NCBI RefSeq assembly: GCF_022045235.1
Contig: NW_027266275.1
Span: 74,338,001-74,402,000, forward strand
Direction: 5' to 3'
DNA from: Haliotis cracherodii
Taxonomy: Eukaryota
DNA length: 64,000 bases
Below the pieces are notes generated by a model. The model was given only the letters and a program-made list of their open reading frames with translations, searched no databases and was not told the DNA's origin. The position numbers and the translations under genes are program-made. Within the stretch, counting starts at the first letter, position 1. The number at the start of each line of letters is the position of its first letter. This document shows, one piece after another, positions 52,991 through 64,000 of this stretch.

Positions 52991-53406
52991 GCTGAAAACA
53001 GTTTTACGCCATGTCTGGGTGTTCCTACAATCAGACCAAAGTCGTATGAATACACACAAAGAGTGACACCATTGCCGGCATGCGCACGATAACATCCCTG
53101 CAGACTGAAAATAGAGACCGCTGAATTATTTAGGACATCAAAGCTTGCGTCAGACATTTCTCACAATGTAGTTGCTTTAATTCCCGCTTTAGATAAATAC
53201 TTATCTTACTTCCACGAAACAACACGTTGAAATGACTGAAATATTTTGATTTGCCGTCGCAACGCGCGACAAGCGACTTGTAGGCACTGGTTGTGGAGTC
53301 AGGACGTCAGGGGTGTGCGTTGAACTACAATGCAGACATGTTATTGTTAAAAGTAAACTCAGGAGAGGTTTAATAGTAAATGATATGTGTCGTATGTTTA
53401 CTAGTA

Positions 53407-53966
53407 CAGTAGAACATGGATATAACGAACTACAAGTGACCGGAGAAATCAGTTCGTTATATTCGTTGTTCGTTATATACGTTTTCGCTCAGAAACGTCC
53501 ACCATCTTGGCTAAACCAAAATACAAAACACATTTATACACGTTTCCTCCTGCATCTACCGGTGATTCAGTTAAAAAGTACCAACATTTTAATGCAATGG
53601 TCGGACGAAATTGTATCTGAAGTTATTATTTGATGAGAATTAAGATTAACATTATGCATGTTTAACTAGGTTTAATCGTCACCAGCAATTGTGTTGATTC
53701 GCGTCTGATTGCGTACAGCCAATTGTCAGTGACACTTGACACTGAGTGAGATTTCTCAGTTCGCTATACATGTCACTAATTAGTGGTATTTGGGCTTGTC
53801 GGTGATCAGATATCAGTTCGCTATATCCGTTAGTTCGCTGTAGAGAGTTCGTTATGTACGTACATTTTTATATGATAATTTTTAGGAGATAAATCGGGGA
53901 CGTTTTAACACTTCGTTGTATCCGTTTGTTCGCTCTATCCGTGTTCGCTCTATCCGTGTTCTACTG
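53407..53966. mobile_element. Tigger/pogo-like MITE (non-autonomous, 560 bp)
   Basis: TA|CAGTAGAACATGGATATAACGAAC ... GTTCGCTCTATCCGTGTTCTACTG|TA gives ~24-bp TIRs starting CAGT and a TA TSD, with internal repeats of the TIR motif (gttcgctata/gttcgttata). Confidence 0.85.
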
Positions 53967-54247
53967 TATATCAGGGTCTCATATATTAACTAGTCTCCTA
54001 CGTTTAGTTTGAACTAGACGTGCAGTTATATGTTCATGAACGGGTGGATACAAGTGAATAAATGCCGTAGGTGTCGATACGATCTTACTGAACATATTTC
54101 TTAATAATATGTACGCGTTAACAGTTTGTTAAATCGCTGTATGTAGTCAACAAGAACTGCACACAGGTTTACATTACGTAACCTTGGAATACCACTAAAT
54201 TATATATCTAACGTTGTCATGACGTATCTACTAACTATTGTTAAAAC

Positions 54248-54500
54248 TGTTGTTTGTTTGTTTGATGTTTAACGTCGCACTCAGCAATATTCCCACTATA
54301 TGAAAGCGGTCTGTATATAATCGAGTCTTGACCAGACAATTCAGTGGTTGAGCATCGATTCACGCAGTTTGGATACGATCAACCAAGTCAGCGAGCATGA
54401 CCACTCGATCCCGTTAATCGCCTCTTACGACAAGCATAATCGCCTTTTACGACAAGCATGGATTGCTGAAGACCTATTCTAGCCCGTATCTTCACGGGTC
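54248..54500 (-). mobile_element. SINE-like family C copy with a duplicated hairpin module
   Basis: The - strand reads gacccgtgaagatacgggctagaataggtcttcagcaatccatgcttgtcgtaaaaggcgattatgcttgtcgtaagaggcgattaacgggatc. Confidence 0.8.
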
Positions 54501-54519
54501 TTAAACACATGTGGGTTGG

Positions 54520-54635
54520 AAGGTGGTCCAGTGGTCTGAGGCGCCCAAATTCGCCGTGCAGTGTTTCGTCCGCTAGGTGTGCAAGAAACCTATCATTGCT
54601 GGTTCGAATCCTAAATTCGTTCCGATTATGATACC
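54520..54635 (+). mobile_element. Old tRNA-derived SINE family D head (long A-B box spacing)
   Basis: ggtggtccagtggtctgaggcgcc...ggttcgaatcc. Related copies lie at ~20175-20255(-), 27185-27290(-), 41640-41700(+) and 61710-61825(-), several sharing agttgcgtcc. Confidence 0.5.
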
Positions 54636-55755
54636 CGTAATACACGTCAGTTTGTAAGTGAATGAGTTTGGTTGAACGTATTCCTGAACGGTATTTCAGT
54701 GATATCATGTTAGCTTGGGCTGGGAGGAAAGCATGAAGTGATGCGAGTCTTAGACGGTTACCACCTTGGTGAAACCCACAGGCACTGGGTGATGTAAATC
54801 TGTGATTAGAACAAACAGTTTCTGGCGCGCCTAAGGGGCGGAACTCTGCACGGCTAATTGCGGCGCCTTAGAAGACTAGGCACCAATATGCCTTAGGATA
54901 CATCGCAATGCAATCTTAACTGACAATACTAATTCCTACATGCAATGAATCTTGTTTACGACTCTGACACATGGATAATGTTTACCATTCTGTCAGATTT
55001 AGAACGTTGTTATCCAGGTACTGTAACTAATCCCACTTCAGCCGTGGTGCCGACTATAACTATATTAGTCTTGTTATACAGTCGTTCCTTTATAGCGTTT
55101 AAATGATAATCAATATAGCTCACCAAGCGTGCATCGCCTTTCCCCTCCACATGGCGGCCCCGCAATCAGATTAATTCGAAACACGTTTCTGTGAGAAAAT
55201 AGACTGCGGAGAAAGGGTTGAAGAATATCCCAAAAGCCTAAATCTTGTATTTTAGTGCCACAGTAATTGCGCCCATTATTTTGTGGAGAACATCCAAAGC
55301 AGTGCATTCGTAACTTGTTCACGTGTTTTTTTGGATTTTGTATTTCATTGGCACTTGGTTATTTTCCAAGTAGAATACATTTTCTAGCATTCATTGTGCA
55401 GCATATATAATCCGCTGAGGAAACATACGAGTGACTATTGTAGAGGCGAGGCGATTCATTTGCGCTGAAGTTACCAGTCTGTTCTTAACACGCATCTCTA
55501 CTTTTAGACTTTGACAAAACATTTATGGAAAATATTAAAAAAATAAAAGAGAACTCTTTGTAGTTTGATTTTATACTGTGTGAGTCGCCCTTGCGTGATG
55601 TTCATGTAATGTGTTCTCTGTTGGTGATGACGTGCGTCGTCCTACGCAGAGAGTTGATCTTTACAATGAATGGTACAATGCTCTTAACATTCTCTTGGGG
55701 TCCTAGAAGAACATTTTAGCTTCGTAATTACTTTGACATGAAAACCGTAATAGGT

Positions 55756-55985
55756 GTGTTTGTTGTGCAACGCCATACTCAGCAGTGTTCAAGCTTTATG
55801 ACGGCGACCTGTAATTAATCGAGTCAGGATCCTGTGATTGACATCATGAGCATCGACCCACGCTAATAGGACACGATGACATGCATCAACCAAGTCAGCA
55901 AGCCTGACCACCCGATCCCGTTAGTCGCCTCCAACGACAAGCATGGGTTAATGAAGATTAGTCCTCACTCGGATCTCCATGAGTG
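55756..55985 (-). mobile_element. SINE-like family C copy (diverged)
   Basis: Homologous body and head. Confidence 0.75.
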
Positions 55986-58021
55986 TCGTAGCAGGTTACA
56001 ATGTGGCACAACATTAAACATCATTCAAATATTTACTAATTGCATGTCCTCAAGTCAAACTATGCGAAATCAAGTTCCACCGGTGACACCCGTTCTCGAC
56101 AAAATTTGAAATCAATTACTTAGGTCAAAGAAAATATTTCCCTCAATTCCGTCATTTCCAAAGCATGCATCAGTTGAAATGTGGATTCAACATAATGTAC
56201 AATTATGTACGTTTGAATACATAACAACCCCCTGTCCATCACTGAAAACAGAAAGGATCCTGTAGGTAATATTGTGGTGTCATAGATGTGTTTTAACTAC
56301 ATTTCGGAGGTAATATGCACCCTGTACATATAGTTGTATTTCACAATGTTGACGAGTCCTTGCTTTCCTAGTCATCTATCTCCACCAGAATCCTAGTTAA
56401 CACATACTGGTCCCTGCGCATGGCTCCTCTCTGTATTGAACCACCATGTTCGATTCACTGTTGGAAGAGCAGGCGTAGATCGACAGCGTTGCAGGCAAAG
56501 TGTCATGATACTTATTAGTGAAGTCTAAATGTTTGCCCACCGTTGGAGTCCAATCACAGTGGCAGGCAGCCTTAACTATATTGCATGGAGACTTGCTGGC
56601 TGGGACCCATGCTATCTCCTGGTGTGGCACTATAAAGGTCGACCTGGACTGGTTTGTAAGGTGGGGTCCGTCCATTTTCCTGGAGTAATACACATGCTAG
56701 TTGTTTCTGTCCCGTGTGGTAGACCTCTACTGTCACACGGTAGGACTATGCCATCTTCCCGAGGCAAGGGAGTTAACTGACTATAAACATCCACCCTTGC
56801 CGAAGTAGGCTGGAATTTCGTTGCTCGATCATAGCACCACCAGTGACAAATACGAGTTATGCCCCTTCTATGTCCCTCCTTTCAGATTCAACCTCTCCTT
56901 GCACTTGCATTTTCTTCAAACAAAATAGCGGCACCCGGTCAAGGCGATCTGATCGATGATCAAGATCTTTATTGTAATAAAATGGGCCTTACCTCGCGAA
57001 GAGAATCAAATCACTTGAGCACCTTGATTAAAAACATGAAGACATTTGGAAAACATCTGTCGGCGCTCAGTTGACAGTACAATGCTCTGCAAAATGCAAA
57101 AACTGCAATCGACCGTAATCGGCACGTCAGTCGCCATATTGTTTATGAACCGGATGTCTATTTCGTTTGAAGACTCGTTAGTCCAGCCAAAATATAACTC
57201 CATAATTCCCGCCTAGTTCGTTTACAGTCAGTTAACTCCCTTGCCTCATGAAGATGGGGCTACACAAGCCTGCTCCTTTTGTCTGTGGGGTGGGACTCTT
57301 ATCACTGGTCGACATGTGTGGTGGCGCCTCTACTGTGTCTTTGCAGTCATTACTTTTTTTGCTACGGGTAGGGCAATACAGGCCATCTAGTACTGTGAGG
57401 TGGTCTGAGGGTGGGCCTATACATGCCGGCGTCTACTGGTACGGTATAACCCCTAGTCGTTTTTACCTTTGAGATCAGACCAATTCGGCCTCGGTTGGGC
57501 CTATACATACCGGCACCTGACTCGTATAATAGGGCGTCTAGCCTACTCAACTTTTGTTGTTAGACCTCTGCTTACTGAGGGTAGGGCAATACAGGCTAGC
57601 GTTTAACTGTCTGTTGAGTGTCTTGTAGGTGTCTACAAGCTTTATGCCTCGGGGTGTCCTTCCACATATAAAGACCAAACTCTATCACCATGTGGCCCAA
57701 GCTTTGCTGTCTCGTTGACGTTAGGCCTTGTGGGAAGGTCGCTGCTGCCTCTCGGGAGTTAAATTAAAACCTAATATCCACTGTCTGATGAATCTCGGCT
57801 TTTCAAGACTTACATACATCGGAGCACGAGGCTACCATTCAAATGTACTTTAGTATAAAAAAACATTGGGGCTTCCAAAATCAAAATTGGATTTGTCCGA
57901 GACAAGACCTGCTCACAACATTTGAAATTCAATGATGTCTCAGAGTCCTTGAGTGTTGATATTGTAAGATGATAGTCTATGCTAATACAGCAAGATCACA
58001 ATCTATGCTTAGACAACATGT

Positions 58022-58273
58022 TTTGTTTGTTGTTTAACGCCGCACTCAGCAATATTCCAGCTATATGACGGCGGTCTGTAAATAATCGAGTCTGTTCCAC
58101 ACAATCAAGTGATTGATATCAAGAACATTGATCTACGCAATTGGGATATGATGACATGCATCAACCAAGACAGTGAGCGAGCCTGGCCACCCGATCCCGT
58201 TAGTCGCACCTCTCGTATTTCCGGCAAGCATGGGTTGCTGAAGATCTATTCTAACCCGGATTTTCACGGGTCC
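58022..58273 (-). mobile_element. SINE-like family C (non-tRNA structured head), full length
   Basis: The - strand reads gacccgtgaaaatccgggttagaatagatcttcagcaacccatgcttg...gcgactaacgggatcgggtgg...ctggaatattgctgagtgcggcgttaaacaacaaac. Imperfect TSD agacaa(c/t)atgt. Confidence 0.8.
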
Positions 58274-58310
58274 TAAGACAATATGTCAAGATGTAGTCTA
58301 TACTAATGTA

Positions 58311-58384
58311 CATTTCTGGTGTCCCCCGCCGTGATATTGCTAGAATATTGCTAAAAGCGGCGTTAAACCATACTCACTCACTCA
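58311..58384 (+). mobile_element. 5'-truncated SINE family B copy
   Basis: 3' body plus (actc)n tail; 13-bp TSD ctatactaatgta at 58298-58310 and 58385-58397. Confidence 0.85.
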
Positions 58385-59730
58385 CTATACTAATGTAACA
58401 TAGTATCACACACTAATAGAATACAGTCGTCGTTTATGATAATACTGTAGCATAGCATCACACGCTAATACAATACGATCGCCGTCTATGATAATACCGT
58501 ATGACATTATATGTGCTCACGCTAACAGATAAAAAAAAGAATTGTTAATGCTAATGATACAATGTCGGAGTCTATGCTAATATTGTACGATCAGATTCTA
58601 TTCTGATACTGTAATACCATAGTCTCTGCTTATACAACATGAACAGAGTCTATGTTAATGCTGTAATAGCCTATCCTATCCTGTTTGTACCATTCCGACT
58701 AACATTAATACATCTTCGAATGTGCATTACAGCATAGCCTATCCTATTTCTATCATTCCGACTAACATTAATACATCTTCGAATGTGCTTCTGGTGTGCC
58801 GGCGTATCGTATCGTTATACAACAGTTTGGATTGGATTGATTCCGTCATTAATGTCCTACCCGATCGGAAGTTCCAAGGACTATTTGAGACGCACATAAT
58901 CTGGGATAATAGCATTGGTTTATACATGCCAGCCATGCTTATGTACTTATGTACTTTCACATGCCACGACAATAAAGGAGAAATGCATGTATGATTTATA
59001 CGCTCCTTAACATTATCTACTGACGGCTGGTGGTGGGTTTGACGCTGACAAGTGGCATTTGCAACCAAATGAGGGCTAATATCTGTATAGGTTATTACGC
59101 AAGTGTGTATAAATGCAAAAATTAAGTCCCCATGCTCCATCTTGTAGTCATATAACCGTCTCTACCTATGGTTGTGTAAAACACACAATACAAACACAAT
59201 ATATACGAACGACACTCTACGTGAGTGTGCTGGGGGTTATTACCGCGGCTTAAGAGCATCTCCAGCTGCAACGTCAAGCAGCGAGCTCGTCGCTGAATTG
59301 CTGGAGGGAGGCGATAGGGTGAATGTTTGATGGTGGAGGCTGAGAGAGAGAGGAAGTTCTCAACCCGAGGTGAAATGTGGGGAGCGGAGGTAGAACTGGG
59401 CACATTTCACAAGAATACCTCGTCTATTGACTTTATCTAGCTAGGATCAACATTCACGAGGTGTACTGAACGGCAGACATCTTAATGGAAAAAAGGTCCG
59501 TTTGGGTCAGATCGATAAGAAAAAAATGAGCTTTCTTGTCTAAAGAAATCAACGGGACGATGACGGATGTTTCCGATGTAAACACACTCCGAAAGGACGA
59601 ATATCAAAAGAAGGAATAATAGATATATATATAGTCGCCCGTGTCCGCGGTACTTGCTGATAGTTTGTTTTGTAAATAGGAATATGTGCACGTGAAGTTC
59701 TGCCAGGGCATTTGATATCAGGTTATTTAA

Positions 59731-61207
59731 TAGCATGACTGAAATGTGGGTCTTCAATACTAGCAAGACTGAAATGTGGGTCTTCAATACTAGCAAGACT
59801 GAAATGTGGGTCTTCAATACTAGCATGACTGAAATGTGGGTCTTCAATACTAGCATGACTGAAATGTGGGTCTTCAATACTAGCAAGACTGAAATGTGGG
59901 TCTTCAATACTAGCAAGACTGAAATGTGGGTCTTCAATACTAGCAAGACTGAAATGTGGGTCTTCAATACTAGCAAGACTGAAATGTGGGTCTTCAATAC
60001 TAGCAAGACTGAATATGGGTCTTCAATACTAGCATGACTGAAATGTGGGTCTTCAATACTAGCAAGACTGAAATGTGGGTCTTCAATACTAGCAAGACTG
60101 AAATGTGGGTCTTCAATACTAGCAAGACTGAAATGTGGGTCTTCAATACTAGCATGACTGAAATGTGGGTCTTCAATACTAGCATGACTGAAATGTGGGT
60201 CTTCAATACTAGCATGACTGAAATGTGGGTCTTCAATACTAGCATGACTGAAATGTGGGTCTTCAATACTAGCATGACTGAATATGGGTCTTCAATACTA
60301 GCATGACTGAATATGGGTCTTCAATACTAGCATGACTGAAATGTGGGTCTTCAATACTAGCATGACTGAAATGTGGGTCTTCAATACTAGCATGATTGAA
60401 TATGGGTCTTCAATACTAGCAAGACTGAAATGTGGGTCTTCAATACTAGCATGACTGAAATGTGGGTCTTCAATGCTAGCATGACTGAAATGTGGGTCTT
60501 CAATACTAGCATGACTGAATATGGGTCTTCAATACTAGCAAGACTGAAATGTGGGTCTTCAATACTAGTAGGACTGAATGTGGGTTTTCAATACTAGCAT
60601 GACTGAAATGTGGGTCTTCAATACCAACATCACTTAAATGTAGGTCTTCAATACTAGCATGACTGAAATGTGGGTCTTCAATACTAGCAAGACTGAAATG
60701 TGGGTCTTCAATACTAGCAAGACTGAAATGTGGGTCTTCAATACTAGCAAGACTGAAATGTGGGTCTTCAATACTAGCATGACTGAATGTGAGTCTTCAA
60801 AACTCCATGACTGAAATGTTGGTCTTCCATACCAGGATGACTTAAATGGGTCTTCAAAATTGGCATGTGGTATTTATAAGCCACTCTTATATTAACAAAG
60901 TCTTTTTTAAACGTTAAATTTAGATAATGTGCGAAGTTTTCAGTTGCTAAAGAGTAGCTTTATTATATAGAACTTAATGTTATTTCTGGATGAATAATAT
61001 TATTTCTATTAGGTTTCCAACACTTATCAGCAAGACTGAAATGTGGGTCTTCAATACTAGCAAGACTGAAATGTGGGTCTTCAATACTAGCAAGACTGAA
61101 TGTGAGTCTTCAAAACTCCATGACTGAAATGTGGGTCTTCCATACCAGGATGACTTAAATGGGTCTTCAAAACTGGCATGTGGTATTTATAAGCCACTCT
61201 TATATTA
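59731..61207. repeat. Minisatellite, 30-bp unit tagcaagactgaaatgtgggtcttcaatac, with a duplicated terminal block
   Basis: About 36 copies up to ~60860, then a second block at 61030-61207. Confidence 0.95.
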
Positions 61208-61267
61208 CTACTTATCATTATTCCTGCACTGGAATGCATGATTTTTACAATGTTCTCCATAAACAGG

Positions 61268-61434
61268 AGTGAGTGAGTGAGTTTGATTTTATACCGCTTT
61301 TAGTAGTATTCTAGCAATATCACGGCGGGGGACACCAGAAATGGGCTTCATACATTGTACCCATGTCGGGAATCGAACCCGGGTCTTCGGCGTGACGAGC
61401 GAACGCTTTAATCACTAGACTACCCGACCGCCCC
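61268..61434 (-). mobile_element. SINE family B copy (a tail fragment also lies at ~61576-61628)
   Basis: Near-identical to 21693-21860. Confidence 0.88.
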
Positions 61435-62189
61435 TCATAAATGGGACTATTGATCAGAACATAATCAATGCAAGTATGGCTGCCATAGTTTTGTTTGGAT
61501 TGACGCGTGGTTGAATGGAGATAAGGCATTGTAATAATGTTGAGGGTCGTCTGTCATACTAAATGACAGATTTTGTGAGTGAGTGAGTTTACCGACGCTT
61601 TTAACAGTATTTCAGTAATATCCCCGCGCGTCCGATTAATGTGGGAGCAAAGTCCGAAGTGATGCAGGTCTAACAAGTTTACCACTTTGGTATGTTGCTG
61701 CCACACTCAAATACATAACCGGGGCGAACCGGGATTTGAACCCACGATCTTAGGTTTCTGGCGTGCCCAATGGACGCAACTCTGAACAGCGAATTGCGGT
61801 GCATTTGACGCCTGGGCCAGTGGTGCTCCCAAAGATTTGGTGGGCGCACATCGATGTTAAACATGTTTGTGACGTGCATAACAGACAATGCTCTGATTGT
61901 GCCACGTTTGATGTAAATAATAGCTTTATTCGACAGCTTCTGTAACGACATGCCGATGGTGGTCAGATAATATTGGCTCTGTAGATTAACGAGATATGAC
62001 ACTCTGAACCAGGCTCTAGTAATTGATCATGAGGTTTGGTGGATAACATGATTTGTGGGACATGTTTCTGAAAGCTATTAAGACATATATGATGTGAGTG
62101 AAACAAACAAGTAGGATTTACGTGTCTACGAGCCATGGATCTGCACAACTGTCGTGATTAAGAGCCATCAAGGTACTGTAAGACCAACG

Positions 62190-62870
62190 TGTCTACAAGT
62201 CAGGGTTCTGAAAGACTAACGAGACTAGAAGCCATGATTCTGAAGGACTAACGTGACTACAAGCCATGATACTGAAAGACTAACGTGACTACAAGCCATG
62301 GTTCTGAAAGACTAACGTGACTACAAGCCATGATACTGAAAGACTAACGTGACTACAAGCCATGATACTGAAAGACTAACGTGACTACAAGCCATGGTTC
62401 TGAAAGACTAACGTGACTAGAAGCCATGGTTCTGAAAGACTAACGTGACTAGAAGTCATGGTTCTGAAAGACTAACGTGACTACAAGCCATGATACTGAA
62501 AGACTAACGTGACTACAAGTGATAACCCTGAAATACTAACGTGACTACAAGCGATAACTCTAAAAGACTAACGTGACTGCAAGTGATAACTATAAAAGAC
62601 TAACGTGACTACTAGCAATAACTCTAAAAGACTAACGTGACTACTACAAGTGATAGCTCTAAAAGACTAACGTGACTTCTACAAGTGATAACTCTGAAAG
62701 ACTAACGTGACTACAAGTGATACCTATTAAAGACTGACGTGACTACAAGCGATAACTCCAAAAGACTAACGTGGCTACAAGCCATGGTTCTGAAAATCTG
62801 ATGTGACTACAAGCAATTGTTCCGAACCACTAACGTGACTACGAAAATGGTCCTGTACGACTAATGTGAC
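62190..62870. repeat. Minisatellite, 32-bp unit aagactaacgtgactacaagccatgatactga
   Basis: Period 32 (62276 to 62308). Confidence 0.92.
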
Positions 62871-63192
62871 ATCAAAATAAAAGCGACAAACTCCTTCCTA
62901 TGTTCATAAGAAATGTCTGCCAAACACATAATCGATTGTGCTGGCATTTTATCGCAGAAACATCTTGAAAAAAAATACATTGTCTGCCCAAGAAATTCCA
63001 TTGTTCCACTCCCATACCCCCGAAAATCAAACTTCGGGTTTAATATGGTGTGTTAGTGTGTTNNNNNNNNNNNNNNNNNNNNNNNNNNNNNNNNNNNNNN
63101 NNNNNNNNNNNNNNNNNNNNNNNNNNNNNNNNNNNNNNNNNNNNNNNNNNNNNNNNNNNNNNNNNNNNNNNNNNNNNNNNNNNNNNNNNNNN

Positions 63193-63460
63193 GTATGTGT
63201 ATGTGTTGGTGCGTGTGTGTGTGCGTGCATATGTTTGTCTGTGTGTCTGTATGCATGTTTGTTTGTATGCTTGTCTGTGTTTGTGTATGTGCCTCCGGTA
63301 TGTGTGTGTCTGTAGTTTGTGTGTGTGTTGTGTTTGTGTGTGTGCGATAGTGTGTACATGTGCCTGTATGTGATGGTGCGCGTGCGCGTGCGTGCATATG
63401 TTTGTCTGTTTGTCTGTGTGTCTATATGCATGTGTGTTTGGATGTGTGTCTGTGTATGTA
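63193..63460. repeat. Degenerate (GT)n-rich tract abutting an assembly gap
   Basis: Seen directly. Confidence 0.9.
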
Positions 63461-63574
63461 CAACCTGTGTCAAACAACGTTTTCCAATATGTAATCAAGA
63501 CAGTCAAAACTCTTAATCCTGTTCCTCATCTATCTTCGAGTCATGTAGACAGATGTATTATTCTCGTGTTTCAG

Positions 63575-63918
63575 TGAGGCCCACAGAAGGACAGGGCGGC
63601 ATAGACGACCCGGCATCTCAATCCAGGGAGAGTGTAGAGGACCAACTACAGAACAGCAGTGGGGTGCCAGTGAAGAACAGCGTACACGAACGCAGCGTGG
63701 AGCGGTTTCCCCTGCACCTTCCACCTAAGCAGGCAATATCGACTGAGAAAATCCTCATTAAAAAGTTATTGGAGCGTTACGAACGCCAGGGACGAGTGGG
63801 TCGACCGGTGATACACACTAACGACAACCTCACCGTTTACTTTGGCCTTTCACTCATACAGATTCTAGACGTAGACGAAACAAACCAAGTACTGAAAACA
63901 AATATATGGTATCACTAT
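63575..63918 (+). CDS. Exon encoding the N-terminal extracellular ligand-binding domain of a nicotinic acetylcholine receptor-type subunit (gene runs off the window)
   Basis: Acceptor tgtttcag|TG and donor TAT|GTAAGT. The translation includes TEKILIKKLLERYERQGRVGRPVIHTNDNLTVYFGLSLIQILDVDETNQVLKTNIWYHY, i.e. helix 1, the RPV motif and the beta1-beta2 region (LxLxQIxDVDExNQxLxTNxW) of Cys-loop receptors. Confidence 0.93.
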
Positions 63919-64000
63919 GTAAGTAATAGTTTCTATGTGCTTTATTATTGTTTTGTGTTTCTGTAGAGTGATAATACAATATTCTTCCATATGACAATGT

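Noticed and set aside
59482-60306. Repeat-peptide ORFs (MLVLKTHISV / TEMWVFNTSK) and a CRISPR-like appearance
   Set aside because: Head-to-tail 30-bp units with no unique spacers, no cas genes and a eukaryotic context; single-base indels break the frames.
62938-63516. His/Thr- and Val/Cys-rich ORFs
   Set aside because: Translations of (GT)n low-complexity sequence across an N gap.

Overview
Repeat-rich, intron-dominated animal (eukaryotic) genomic DNA. The SINE repertoire and the receptor type suggest a gastropod mollusc, possibly abalone-like (inference). There are four assembly gaps: about 18106-18268, 29872-30059, 33357-33512 and 63063-63192. The only supportable host gene is the 5' part of a Cys-loop ligand-gated ion channel (nicotinic acetylcholine receptor-type) subunit on the + strand. 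Its signal-peptide exon (ATG 45530 to donor after 45644) splices in frame across a ~17.9-kb intron to exon 63575-63918, and the gene continues past the window. The rest is mostly mobile DNA and tandem repeats. This includes a decayed Gypsy element with integrase-before-RT/RNase H (Gmr1-like) order, a decayed mariner with a nested SINE, a Tigger/pogo-like MITE, Penelope-like (PLE) remnants, at least four SINE-like families (several with clear TSDs) and about ten unrelated minisatellite arrays. The two most interesting signals are RNA-structural. One is a near-perfect minimal type I hammerhead ribozyme in a ~100-bp element between (TA)n tracts (25238-25281), with two degenerate palindromic hammerhead-like elements elsewhere. 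The other is a SINE-like family with no tRNA head, whose 5' end can instead fold into a pseudoknotted RNA. Nearly all ORFs in the supplied track are artefacts of repeats.
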